A DNA stretch of 64,000 nt, from NCBI RefSeq assembly GCF_008831285.2, contig NC_045138.2:16244001-16308000 (forward strand), given 5' to 3'. Positions 1-10,667 of this stretch are shown piece by piece (the first letter of the stretch is position 1; each line of letters opens with the position of its first letter). The position numbers and the translations under genes were made by a program. Under the pieces are notes generated by a model. It ran no database searches, had not been told where the DNA came from, and saw only the letters and a list, made by a program, of their open reading frames with translations. This stretch comes from Nymphaea colorata. Its lineage: Eukaryota.

Positions 1-60
1 ACCACCATCTTCGTCGTCGTCGTTGTCCGCTCGTCTTCTGAAGTTCTTGGCTCTGTTCAT
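1..60 (-). CDS. ILP1: N-terminus (runs off the window) of an ILP1 / PAXBP1-GCFC-like splicing factor and transcriptional repressor
   Basis: Minus strand from ATG at 60 reads MNRAKNFRRRADNDDDEDGG, matching the recalled plant ILP1 start (..KNFRRR followed by an acidic run). There is an in-frame TAG three codons upstream and a CT-rich leader at ~190-260. Not in the ORF track. Only 20 codons are visible. Confidence 0.7.
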   Translation of the reverse strand, partial: MNRAKNFRRRADNDDDEDGG

Positions 61-1127
61 CTTCTCCTACTTCTGACTCTGCAACTTCGTGGCTGCTGCA
101 TTCGGATGGCGCAACGGCAGGGGCAGAGCGGTGGTGGTGGCAGATACGTCGGCGTATGTAATGTATGTGCCCGTGGGGTTCTTTTGTAGCGAGGAAGAGA
201 GGGAGAGGAGAGACGAGACAACCGGAGGAAGGGTCCGTTGCGAGAGAGAGGAAGACGAGACTTATGGTCTTTTGGCAATTTCGGGTTCGATTTCTTCGTC
301 ACACGGACACGAAGGACGCCTATTGCAAATTTCAACTCTATTTCGGTAGCAAAAACATGCATACGTGCAAATGTTATACCATTGGGAGGCTGTGAAGCTT
401 AAGATGCTCATTTTGCTTGGCGGAAAATTTGAATGTTTAAAATTTTGTACGCTCAGTCTTGTTGTTTGCTTCTTCAGTTTTTTTGTGCTATGTCTCATAT
501 GATTATATTGCTTGATATTAATTGTTGTACAACAGATCAATGACCAAAATGAATTAAAAAAAGTTGTTATTTGACAACTCCAACATATTTTTTCCAGATT
601 CTCACTGGATACACATCCAACAAATTATAATCCAGGTTAAACAAACACTTCCTGTTTCTAAAACAGGGATGCAAATCCTCATTATCCTGATTCCAGGATT
701 ATAGTTCTGGGATTCTAAATGCTACCATAGTTAAAACGATAAATGAAGAAAATATAGTCTCGTTTGATCCCAAGACTCATTGCAGCAGCTTCAATTGCAA
801 TAATACTTTGCTTGTTGCAATCATTTCTAGGAAAAAGAAAGTCTCGTTTGATCCACAGCAAAGCTATGAAATGATTAATATATTGTTATATGATGACGCA
901 CATCTCTTTCGTTTTATGCATAGACTCACCATTTCTGTGGCCTTTTAGAAAAATTGAACTACAGATTGCGATACAATACATTGAAAAGCAGTAAATTGGG
1001 AGTTTGTCTCCGAAGCAGTCCTCACTGGACTCGCCATTCCCCAAATTCTGCTCTCTACATGCTGAGCCACATCGCTCACTGAAGCAATGGTGGAGCCCCC
1101 CAGAGGCATGTCCGAACCAGCTGCTCC

Positions 1128-3269
1128 ATGCTGTCTTCTTCATTCCCCAGACTCCTCTGCGCATTCCCCGGTTACCAACTTCGCCGTTTATCCGGGGTTA
1201 TCTCTCTACGACCCCGCCGACCATCCCGGCGGGGCTTTAACCGACTTTACGGTCTTCGCCACAATGACATCGTCTTCTGGACCAGCAAAATCTCACGGCT
1301 CTGTCGAGAAGGGCGCATTGACGAAGCGAGGGGTTTGTTTGATGCCATCCATGAACGAAATGTGGTTACTTGGAACGCTATGCTTTCTGGGTATTTGCGG
1401 TTCGGGAGAATTTCCGACGCCCGGAAAATGTTTGATGAAATGCCCGAACGAAATGTTGTGACGTGGACTGCCATGCTTTCTGGACTTGCATGCTTTGGAT
1501 CGATCGAATCTGCTAAATCCATTTTTGAGATGATGCCTCGTCGAAATTTAGTTTCGTGGAATGCCATGATCTCGGGGTTGGTTCGGAATGGCGACTTGGA
1601 GGGTGCACAAAGGCTGTTCGAAGAGATGCCTGAAAGAAATGTTGTGACTTGGAATGCAATGATTGTGGGTTATGCAGAGAATTCACAAATGAGAGAAGCG
1701 AGGAAATTGTTTGAGTCGATGCCAGAGTCTGATACTGCTAGCTGGACGAGTATGATTATGGGATACTTTCGAATTGGTGAAGTTGATGAAGCCTTCCGAT
1801 TGTTTTATCAGATGCCAGCAAGAACTGTTGTCTCCTGGACAGCTATGATCAGTGGCTGCGTTGCTAATGGTCTTTATGGTGATGCACTGCAGCTGTTCCT
1901 TTCCATGTTAAAAGAAGAAATCAATCCAAATGAAGCTACCTACGTCTGTCTCTTTTATGCATGTTCCAGTCTGAACTATCCTTCCCTTGGAATGCAGGTT
2001 CATGCACAGGTCATAACAAGAGGGTTAGATCCTAATGATGATAGAGTATCAAAAAGCTTGATACACATGTACTCTCGATTCAGGCTCATGGACAGTGCCC
2101 TGAGTATTTTCTCTACTAGTTCCAAACATTGCTGCATTTCATGGAATGTGTTGCTAAATGGCTATGTGCAGTGTGGTTTGGTTGAAAAAGCTTTTGATCT
2201 ATTCAGTTTGATGCCTGACCCAGATAGCGTCTCATGGACTACAGTGATATCTGGATTTTTCACTATTGGTAAGGTAGCAGAGGCATGTGCATTGTTTTAT
2301 AAGATGCCAAAGAGAGATGCAGTGTCTTGGACAGCCATGATATCTGGGCATGTTCAGAATGAACTCTTCCCTCAAGCAATTAACTTATTTTCACAAATGC
2401 AGGTGGAAGGGATCAGACCATTAGGTCACACGTATGCATGCCTTCTTGGTGCTGCTGGTTCAATGGCTGAACTGGACCAGGGAAAGCAATTTCATGCGCG
2501 GTTGCTGCAGACACAGTCGACAGTTGATGCGCATCTTAACAATGCACTAGTTGCAATGTATGCAAAATGTGGTGCTATAGAGGATTCTTACTCTGTGTTC
2601 CGTCGGATGTTGTTAAGGGATATAATCTCCTGGAATTCAATGATCATGGCATTTTCGCATAATATGGTTGTCGACATGGCGATTCATCTTTTTGAGGCTA
2701 TGAAAAATGAAGGCCAGAAGCCTAACTCTGTTACTTTTCTTGGGATTCTCTCTGCCTGTAGTCATGCTGGGTTGCTTGATGAAGGCAGGCGGTTTTTCAA
2801 GTCCATGGTTGAAGACTACCTAATTCAACCAGAAGTGGAACACTACATATGCATGATCGACCTTCTTGGTCGTGCCGGCAAAGTTATTGAAGCTGCAGAG
2901 ATTGTTCAGAGGATGCCTTTTGTATCTGGTCTTGCTGTCTGGGGAGCATTGCTTGGTTCCTGCAGTCTTCATGAGAATATGGACATTGCGATACAGGCAG
3001 CAAAACATGTTCTTGAGCTTGATCCGCTAAATGCACCTGCGCATGTCTTGCTCTGCAACATGTACTCATGTTCTGATCAGCCAGAGGAAGCAGCAAAACT
3101 TAGAAACTCAATGAGGCATAAGGGAGTGAGGAAAAATCCCGGATGTAGTTGGATCACGGTGAAAGGAAAGGTGCATGTTTTCCGGTCAGGGGAAAGGTGC
3201 CATCCTTGTACCGACCAGGCTTATGCAATCCTTGAAAGCTTCTTAAATCTGTGCAGCCTCTTCCATTAA
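1128..3269 (+). CDS. PLS-class PPR protein, E+ subgroup, probable mitochondrial RNA-editing specificity factor (At1g32415/CWM2-like)
   Basis: Intronless 713-aa ORF. Arg/Leu/Ser-rich presequence, many 'FDEMPERNVV(T/S)W' S-motifs, E domain, PG box PGCSWI and E+ segment VHVFRSGERCHP, no DYW domain. Segments such as SKSLIHMYS and GHVQNELF..LDQGK resemble recalled At1g32415 orthologues. Confidence 0.93.
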   Translation: MLSSSFPRLLCAFPGYQLRRLSGVISLRPRRPSRRGFNRLYGLRHNDIVFWTSKISRLCREGRIDEARGLFDAIHERNVVTWNAMLSGYLRFGRISDARKMFDEMPERNVVTWTAMLSGLACFGSIESAKSIFEMMPRRNLVSWNAMISGLVRNGDLEGAQRLFEEMPERNVVTWNAMIVGYAENSQMREARKLFESMPESDTASWTSMIMGYFRIGEVDEAFRLFYQMPARTVVSWTAMISGCVANGLYGDALQLFLSMLKEEINPNEATYVCLFYACSSLNYPSLGMQVHAQVITRGLDPNDDRVSKSLIHMYSRFRLMDSALSIFSTSSKHCCISWNVLLNGYVQCGLVEKAFDLFSLMPDPDSVSWTTVISGFFTIGKVAEACALFYKMPKRDAVSWTAMISGHVQNELFPQAINLFSQMQVEGIRPLGHTYACLLGAAGSMAELDQGKQFHARLLQTQSTVDAHLNNALVAMYAKCGAIEDSYSVFRRMLLRDIISWNSMIMAFSHNMVVDMAIHLFEAMKNEGQKPNSVTFLGILSACSHAGLLDEGRRFFKSMVEDYLIQPEVEHYICMIDLLGRAGKVIEAAEIVQRMPFVSGLAVWGALLGSCSLHENMDIAIQAAKHVLELDPLNAPAHVLLCNMYSCSDQPEEAAKLRNSMRHKGVRKNPGCSWITVKGKVHVFRSGERCHPCTDQAYAILESFLNLCSLFH

Positions 3270-3717
3270 TGTTTATCAGATTCTCCGGCTAAAATTCTTG
3301 TTAAATAGCGAGATATGCTGCTTTTCACGTGAAGCCATAATCGCAAGTGTCTGCAATATATGTCACTGAAAAGAATTGGTAATTGGGGATGTATTCAAAA
3401 CATTATGATTCATGACATGTCGAAAAAGAAATAAAGTTCTGATAAATTTGCTAAAAAGGTAAAATGTACTTACTTTCGGGACAACAAATAATTTATATTG
3501 ATGTTAGCTTTAAACTTGATTCTATAGTTTCATGTTTTTTCAGAGTTGCTTGGTGCTGAATCTTCCGTCTGTAATCTCAGAGAAGAGCCTCATGTTTCTG
3601 AAGTTCCTTATACATGCCTTGGCACCAACCAAAATAGAGGCATATGTTTAAAGTCTATGAACTTATAATGTGGCTGTGAAGCTCTTTTCTCCTCTCTGGT
3701 TGGATAATATTTATGAT

Positions 3718-4511
3718 CAATATTTTAAAACCTGGTGACTTGGGACACGGCTCGTCCATTTTAACTCAGTATGTCAAATCGGTGACCCAGGTCGGGTTAT
3801 GTTAATTATTGTTTTTGAAAGAAAAACAATATATAACTTGTCATTCAAACACAAAAAAGTTGTAAAATGACTTGAATACATGTAACTTGTAAATAAGCCA
3901 ACCAAACGTCAACTAATAACTAAATTACATTTTCTCATTTGATAACAAGAAGTTGGAAAATTGAGTTGCTGCCCTTATTTTATACTTGCATATTAAAAAA
4001 AAAAACTATGTAGCAAGAGCGAACATATCAGTGAAAACAAGTCAATCAAAACCAAACACTAAGATCAATATATTTAACATTTACAACTATGTAATAGTTA
4101 ACAAACTCAGCATGTATGTTATTATTATGTAAAAGTAAAAATCTAAAAGTGAAGAGTCTAGTATCCTAAAAATTGAAATACGTACACCGCATATGAAGTT
4201 AAATCTAATTAGTTTTAACTTTTCATTTTTAATATGCAAATTTTATAAATGAAAAATAATTTTAAATTCTTACATTTCAATAGATTAGAAGATTCACGTC
4301 AAAATTAAGTAACTAACAGCTTAATTAATTACAAAATACAAAATTTATCACTCGGCTACAACAAGTTAAAAAGAGTCTTGCCTGTGCTAAACCGAGTTTC
4401 TACCTGTCATGTAGATTGTCAACAAAAAACGAGCCTCTCTACTGGGCTGAGCCAATAGATCACTGAGTCAAATTTAGCCAACAAGCTGACTCAGGAAGTT
4501 TTTAAACACTG
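3718..4511. mobile_element. Non-autonomous hAT-type element (MITE)
   Basis: Imperfect terminal inverted repeats CAATATTTTAAAAC ... GTTTTTAAACACTG, degenerate 8-bp target duplication (TTTATGAT / CTTATTAT), GC-richer subtermini and AT-rich interior. Confidence 0.6.
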
Positions 4512-5082
4512 CTTATTATGCTCCACTATAGCTGATAGCTGAGGTTGTAACCACGAACTTTTTTTGACAGTGGTAAGGAAAAGCAGAAACTTGTTGCTTA
4601 TATCTGAAAATTCAGAGACATATGGCCCTTTTCTAGAATCAGTGGGAAGGTTTTGGTTCTTATATGACAGATTTTTCATTATTATATGCCAATATTTATC
4701 TCAAAATTTTCGTGTAAATGTAATATTTTTGTTTTTGTGGCTCAATGCAAGTCTGCCATAAATTAGGATAAAATATTACAGTTACTTGCTCTAGTTCATA
4801 ATATCACAGGATGTGAATTTGTGCATCGGTTTTTCTTTGTAATAAATGTGTATCAAACCTCTCTCTCTCTCTCTCTCTCATAACTTCAACAATATGGCAA
4901 AGACATAAACGTCCATCAGAACTGAATGCTTGATCCATTACCGAGGATGTTGTTGATCCAATTACAGAAGCCCATGGGCTTGCGAGTTCCAAATTCTGAT
5001 CCACCTCACCCATCTGGGACAAATGGACGTGGACATCCAAGCTTCTTGTCTCAGCAGATAATAAATCTCTCTTATCTTATAG

Positions 5083-5290
5083 GTTGTGCTTGATAGCTTT
5101 GGATTTAGATCTGTAGCTACATAAAAAAAAGTGTGTTTTGGGAGATTCTCAATAACATGAATTTTAAATTCATGCTACATATTAAAAACCATAGATTTAA
5201 AGGTGGATGGAAGGTGATCTGATTTTAAATCTATGGATTTGAAATCCTAAGATCTCAGATCACTGTGGATCGGAAACAAACACCAGCATA
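5083..5290. mobile_element. Dispersed Tourist-like MITE copy
   Basis: Shares TTTTGGGAGAT..CATGCTACAT.TTAAAAACCAT..ATTTAA with 7441-7560, and more weakly with ~57650-57755; TG(C/T)TTGATAGC-type start. Boundaries are approximate. Confidence 0.45.
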
Positions 5291-6403
5291 GTGTTTCAGC
5301 TATCTGTATCTTGCGATGCCTATACAAACTAAGCAAGTCTAACTGCACTAACTTGAGTTTACACTTGATTAAACCATTCTAAAAAAACGAACTTTAACCA
5401 ATTTTTTATAGATAGTTTTGGCATATTCTTTTCTTGGTCCAAACGTTCCAGAAACCCATCAACTAAGATTGATAAAAACTAGATTAACGACAGAGAAGAG
5501 AACGTCATTAATTCAAAATGTTATTACACGTTTTTTTTTTTTTTTAATCAAAGCATCCAACTTTTGATATGGAATAAAGTTGTGCTTGAAGCAGTGAAAA
5601 TGTTTCTTTTCCTCCTCATAAAATTGTTCTTCAAGCGGCGAGAATGTTTCTTTTTTCTTATTCACATTACTCCATGCATTTATCGGCGTTTTGTTGCAAG
5701 TCTCCAAAAGAACCTTTTGCCGCTAATTTTCTGGAATGAAAATTCTAGTTTCAATATGGAATTATGATTCTAAAATATAAAAACAACTTGTTTGATGAAA
5801 AGGGAATTCAAATTCATGAATTCATGCCTTGCATCCAAAGAGAGATGAAAATGTTCCAAAATTTTGAATTCATAATTCCATCCCTTACGGTGGAATCATG
5901 ATTTTAGAATTTAGATTCTAAAATGAGCATATAATTTCGGAATCAAATTTCTTTGATTGATAATGCAGTTCTCATTGTTAAAGAATGAGAATAATGATTC
6001 TAGAATTCGATTGGTTCCAAGTGAATCAAACATCAAAATCCTGCCGAATTCTTATAGCTTTGCATTAGACCCACATTAAAAACAAGTGAGTGTTAGTCTT
6101 CATGGAGTATTTTATAATAGAAATTAAATAAAAATAAATAACAATGGTAAGGAAGATTGTAAAATTTTGCCCCTACCAAAGTGAAATCTTTTCGTGGGAT
6201 GTTGATATAGTAATATGTAAAGGATCCTTTTTTATTGCAACCAGATCGAGCGCAACAAGCATGCACCAAATAAGGTGGAGGGTATGTTTGAATTTTTTTT
6301 TTTTTATAAAAAATGGGTACTTTAAACTTTTAAACTTTTTCACAATTTTTTTTATCCTTTAAAATTTTTTTTTTTTAATTTTAATTTTAATGGACGCATT
6401 TTT

Positions 6404-6555
6404 CTCACTGAAGCGATGGCGGAGTCCCCCAAAGGTACGTCCGAACCACCTGCTCCATGCTGTCTTCTTCATTGCCGCGACTCCTCTCCGCATTCCCTGG
6501 TTACCAACTTTGCCGTCTACTCCTCTGCTCGTTCCCTGGCAATGAAATTTTGTAA
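6404..6555 (+). pseudogene. Duplicated 5' fragment of the PPR gene at 1128 (5'UTR + start + presequence), short ORF 6457-6555
   Basis: 6404-6519 aligns without gaps to 1075-1190. ATG 6457 gives MLSSSLPRLLSAFPGYQLCRLLLCSFPGNEIL* versus parent MLSSSFPRLLCAFPGYQLRRL. Confidence 0.8.
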
Positions 6556-7440
6556 AATGGAAATGGTTAGATCGATCCATTTCCATTTTGCTCAATCCCA
6601 ACCAGGAAGCCACAGCCACTCCCAACTTCAAGCACAATTATAATCCTGTTCACACTCTCCTCCCCAAATGCAAACTCTTAATGACAGTATGTCTGAGAGG
6701 AGAACAGGAGAGAAGGATGAGACCACAGTGAACATGAGGCAGTCTCACGAGACTCAGGCCATTGCCCCAACACCAACTGAAAACTTGTTAGCCTCGTGAA
6801 AAAAAAAGTTTTCTGGCTCAAGTTGTTGGCAACGACTTTCGTCCATCTACACTTAGATTGTTGAGGAATTAGACTGTTGTGGAATGCTCAAGAGGTTCTC
6901 CTGCCCGGCTAGATGAAAAGCAGGAAAATGCAGCCGCCTCTTTGTTGTGGGAGGGATAGGTCCTGTGTTTTTCTTTTTCTTCTCTTGCCAACAATGGTTA
7001 CATGAAACTAGATGATGGGCACAAAAGAGTCACATTGATTTCCATTCGTATATTATCTGAGGGTGCTCAGAAGATAGATTGTTGGTTTTGAACAGAAGTT
7101 TACAAGGGCTGATGTCATTCCTTTTGTTCTTTTCTTTTCCTTTCTGCAAGCGCTAGGATCGCTTTTGATATTGGAGACGTGACTGAACAATGTTCAACTC
7201 TCAAGTTAGGGCCCCCTTGAACTCCACGGACGCTCTCTCATACAAGTGAAAGGAGGCTGAGCCGTGCTCCTCCTCTCGTATACAAGGACTGAAGACTGAA
7301 GAGTTGCAGCCGTAAGCTAAAGTGATGACCCGTTAACTAATCTTAATCTTATGACAGAATCTTTTAGTACCAAAGCCAATAAAGGTCGTCTGACTCTTCA
7401 TCTTCTAATAAATATCACATGTTCAAGCTTAAAAACCTAT

Positions 7441-7560
7441 GGGTCATGTTTGATAGCCTACATCTTATATGTGTGGTTGCAATAAATGACATATTTTGGG
7501 AGATCCTTCCTTTAAACAAACTCATGCTACATGTTAAAAACCATGAATTTAAGGTCGGAT
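7441..7560. mobile_element. Tourist-like MITE fragment, same family as 5083-5290
   Basis: Starts GGGTCATGTTTGATAGC; shares the internal motif CATGCTACATGTTAAAAACCATGAATTTAAGG with the 5083-5290 copy. Confidence 0.45.
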
Positions 7561-8940
7561 TGAAAAGAAATTGATGCCAAACTCATTAGCTCAGATATTT
7601 GTCTAGCAATGGAGCTTCCTTTGGGTTCATCAGATCAACGTGAGCGAGTCTGTTCGTCTCATTTTGAGATAGAAACAACTATAATATTTTTTTTTTTTTA
7701 AAAAAAAAGCTATGTCTTCGTACTCGTGAGGTGTCAACTCGATATGAATTGACCGATACGGGCCGATACACACCGACTTTGATGTCATTTTGTTGTGTTC
7801 ATGAAGCTTGGACCCACAGGAGGGCTTGTTTGGGCTTGCTAGGCATCTCCAGACCTTCAAAGGAAGCAGCCATGTGCAGTTGAGCAATCACATGCCTTCA
7901 TCAAGCACAAGAGGACAACAAAGATAGAAGATGGGCCACCCACCATGAAAGCATGCAATGCCAAACCATTATGGCTCTTCTTGACTACTCATCACCTCCT
8001 CCTTCTTCTTACTGTGCCACCACATGCACTGCTTCAATTATCACCAATTCCTCCTTTCCTTTATTGTCATTATGGGAGCCAAAACTTGGCAATAATAATC
8101 CGAATCAGGCCCTATGTTTCAGATTTTTACATAGTTTCCGGGGATATTTTGACCTGTATAAGGAAATTTACAAGCTTGAGCCTTGTGTGTGGGATTAAGA
8201 TAAATCATTGGCCTCCAAATATTCTCTTGCTGTTAATATTACTTAGACACCTTAATTAATGGCACCATTGTTGCCGAACTTCCGAATAAATGCAAAATCA
8301 ATGGAGCCAGAACGATCCAACGGCGCAGTATTTAAAGCTTTTGAATCAAATCCAACGGCCCACATGGTCTCTCATCATACCTGAGGTGGGGTCCGCATGA
8401 CACTATAAAGCCTCTTTTCACTTTTTGGCTTCAAAAAGACCAAACAGAATTTTCTTAAGCACAACCGCTCCAGATCTTAGGGTTCGTAAGCAAGTCTGGA
8501 TTTGAGGTCCACGTATCAGATCCACATTGAGAGATATCAACCTTGAAAAAGCCTAGTTTATTATTGACCTGAAATTTGGTTAAGCACTTATAAAAAGGTC
8601 TAGATCCAATATCTGGGTTTTTGTGGGTTTGGGCTGTCATATATAGATCCAACCCGTGCACAGAAACCCATGCTGATCCAAGTCCTGCCAGTCTGCTTCC
8701 CTTTCTCCACAAGACAAACAGAATTGCACACGTCACCGAGATATGCATTCAAGAACTGCGATCCCAACAAACATTTTAAGATTTTTCCTGAGCTCCCCTT
8801 GATTTATCATGATATTGTTATGTATATATTTTTTGTATTTTTTGGTTCTAACGACATGAATAAACATTTCCAAATTATTTTACCTCCAACTTCCTTTTTC
8901 TACACAAATTTCTCTAGTTCTGGAGTTGTGAAGAGCAAGA

Positions 8941-9005
8941 AAAAAAAGAAAATATATATATATATATATAAAGTGGTTTCTTGCCTGGTGAGAAAAAAAA
9001 GGAAA

Positions 9006-9036
<31 letters not shown>

Positions 9037-9054
9037 GGTTTCTTGCCTGGTGAG
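8941..9054. repeat. Tandem duplication containing (TA)n
   Basis: Two copies of A-run-GAAAA(TA)n-AAGTGGTTTCTTGCCTGGTGAG differing mainly in TA number. Confidence 0.85.
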
Positions 9055-9824
9055 GACAGTCCCCATGATCATTTCTTGAGCTCGCAGTCGCCATCTCCGA
9101 ATTGAGATATTATACTTCTGTACCATGTCTGATGTTTGGATCTGTCTCAGATCTGGATCTGAATCACCAAAATCTGGATATGGATTTGGATCGACCGCAG
9201 GTTTGACCAGGTCCTGCCCCACAATCATCTTTGAACGCATGTTCTGGGGCGAGCCACGGGAAGGATGATCTCCCCTTTGTCTTGTAGCCCGGGCCCCCCA
9301 CCGAACCTCGCGCTGCGGGACCCACCCCAAAATGGCAGAACGTGATTGGCTTAAAATCTAAAATAATGGAACGTGAGACCATTGAATAATCCTCTCATAC
9401 CCGACCCGAAGGATTTTGATGCCGGGCCTTGTTATCGGGAAAATATCGCGAAAAAAACCCCCACACAAATTCAAAAGTTCCGCCGGAGTGTACGCATGAG
9501 TCTTTTTTCATTCTAAATCAAACTGAGTACACCAATTCAACCAACTACATTATGTAATTTTGACGGTGAAAATATCGCGTTTAAAACCACCGAGATATTA
9601 AATGTTTCACTTTTCCTCTTCGTGATAAAAGATGTGATGACTTTAAATAAATAGCATTTTAAAATACTTTTTAGGTATTCATTTTGAAATATATTGTGAT
9701 ATTTGTAGGCCGGCGGCCCCCACCGGCTCACCATCATCTCCGCCCCAAGCGCCACAAATCTCGTGTTTCGCTTCCTCAAAGTTTCCACGAGATCGATCTT
9801 TTTCCTCTCTCCGTTTTCTATGCT

Positions 9825-9832
9825 TATAAAAG
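9825..9832 (+). promoter_or_regulatory. TATA box of the DUF688-like gene
   Basis: TATAAAAG about 90 nt upstream of ATG 9918. Confidence 0.55.
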
Positions 9833-9917
9833 AGGATGGGACGACGAAGGAAGTAGTTGCACCAGACTTCTGAGCTTTCCGCCGCCATCGGCACTACCAC
9901 CAGCGCCAGCGGAGGAA

Positions 9918-10667
9918 ATGGAGGCCTACGCTGCTCCCGTGCCTTCCAGCGACTTCAAGCAAGCAGGAGCCGTGCCGTTCAAGTGGGAAATCCGGCCGGG
10001 AATCCCGAGATCGACGTCTACCTCCTCCTCAGCGCCGCCGTCGCCAGCCCCCGATCAACACCACCTCCGCCCGCCTCCTCCAGGATCCTCCACCATCTTC
10101 TCCAGCTTCTCCGGCGCCCTCACTCCCCCGTCCTCTGCGTCGCACCGCTATCGCAGCTCGAGATCTCTAAGAATCACCAGCTTCTCGCCTTCCCCGTCGT
10201 ACCGCTCTCTTTCCTCCATTTCTTCATCGTCTTCCTCTTCCATCCGCCGCCGTACACAAAGCAATCCGATCTCGCTAGGCTGCTTCCTCTTCCGCAGCCT
10301 GCGGCGAAGGGTTCGAGGCCGCGGCGCCGGCAGAAGCAGCAGCGGGAGCAGCAGCAGCAGCGGAAGCAGCAGCACTGCCGCCGTCAGGAACCGGCCGTTC
10401 GATACCGTCTCCGAGGTGGGGACGCCGGTGCGGGCGTGTTCGTCGCCTCCGTCTCCGCTGTCGGGAGCCGAAGAGTCGCCGCTGCAGGTGGGACGATCGC
10501 TGTCGAGCGCAGGCGAATCGCCTCGCTTCGCCCGCGTTTCCCCTCGGGCGTTCTCCTCGTTCAGGGAATCGCCGGTGGCCTCCTACGATCCTTGCTACCA
10601 TAATCCCCTGCAGCCGTCCGCCTCCTTCCAGAACGACCTCGAGTGGGCTACTTATGGCCTCTTCTGA
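9918..10667 (+). CDS. Ser/Pro-rich disordered protein with DUF688-like VPFKWE motif (249 aa)
   Basis: GC-rich intronless ORF from the first ATG (GAAATGG). Motif GAVPFKWEIRPGIPR near the N-terminus, poly-Ser tracts, many SP sites, and C-terminus DLEWATYGLF. The ORF-track start at 9684 is a TTG upstream of the TATA box. Confidence 0.85.
   Translation: MEAYAAPVPSSDFKQAGAVPFKWEIRPGIPRSTSTSSSAPPSPAPDQHHLRPPPPGSSTIFSSFSGALTPPSSASHRYRSSRSLRITSFSPSPSYRSLSSISSSSSSSIRRRTQSNPISLGCFLFRSLRRRVRGRGAGRSSSGSSSSSGSSSTAAVRNRPFDTVSEVGTPVRACSSPPSPLSGAEESPLQVGRSLSSAGESPRFARVSPRAFSSFRESPVASYDPCYHNPLQPSASFQNDLEWATYGLF

Noticed and set aside
6140..6400. Pack-MULE capture as the origin of the PPR fragment (GATTGTAAAATTTTGCCCCT is Mutator-terminus-like)
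   Set aside because: No matching inverted terminus or 9-bp target duplication found downstream.
8670..9330. ORFs with IYIYIY runs (also ~31025, 32020, 42511, 55237)
   Set aside because: Translations of (TA)n microsatellites.
9684..9917. 78-aa N-terminal extension of the DUF688-like ORF
   Set aside because: Starts at TTG and spans the TATA box; the first ATG is 9918.
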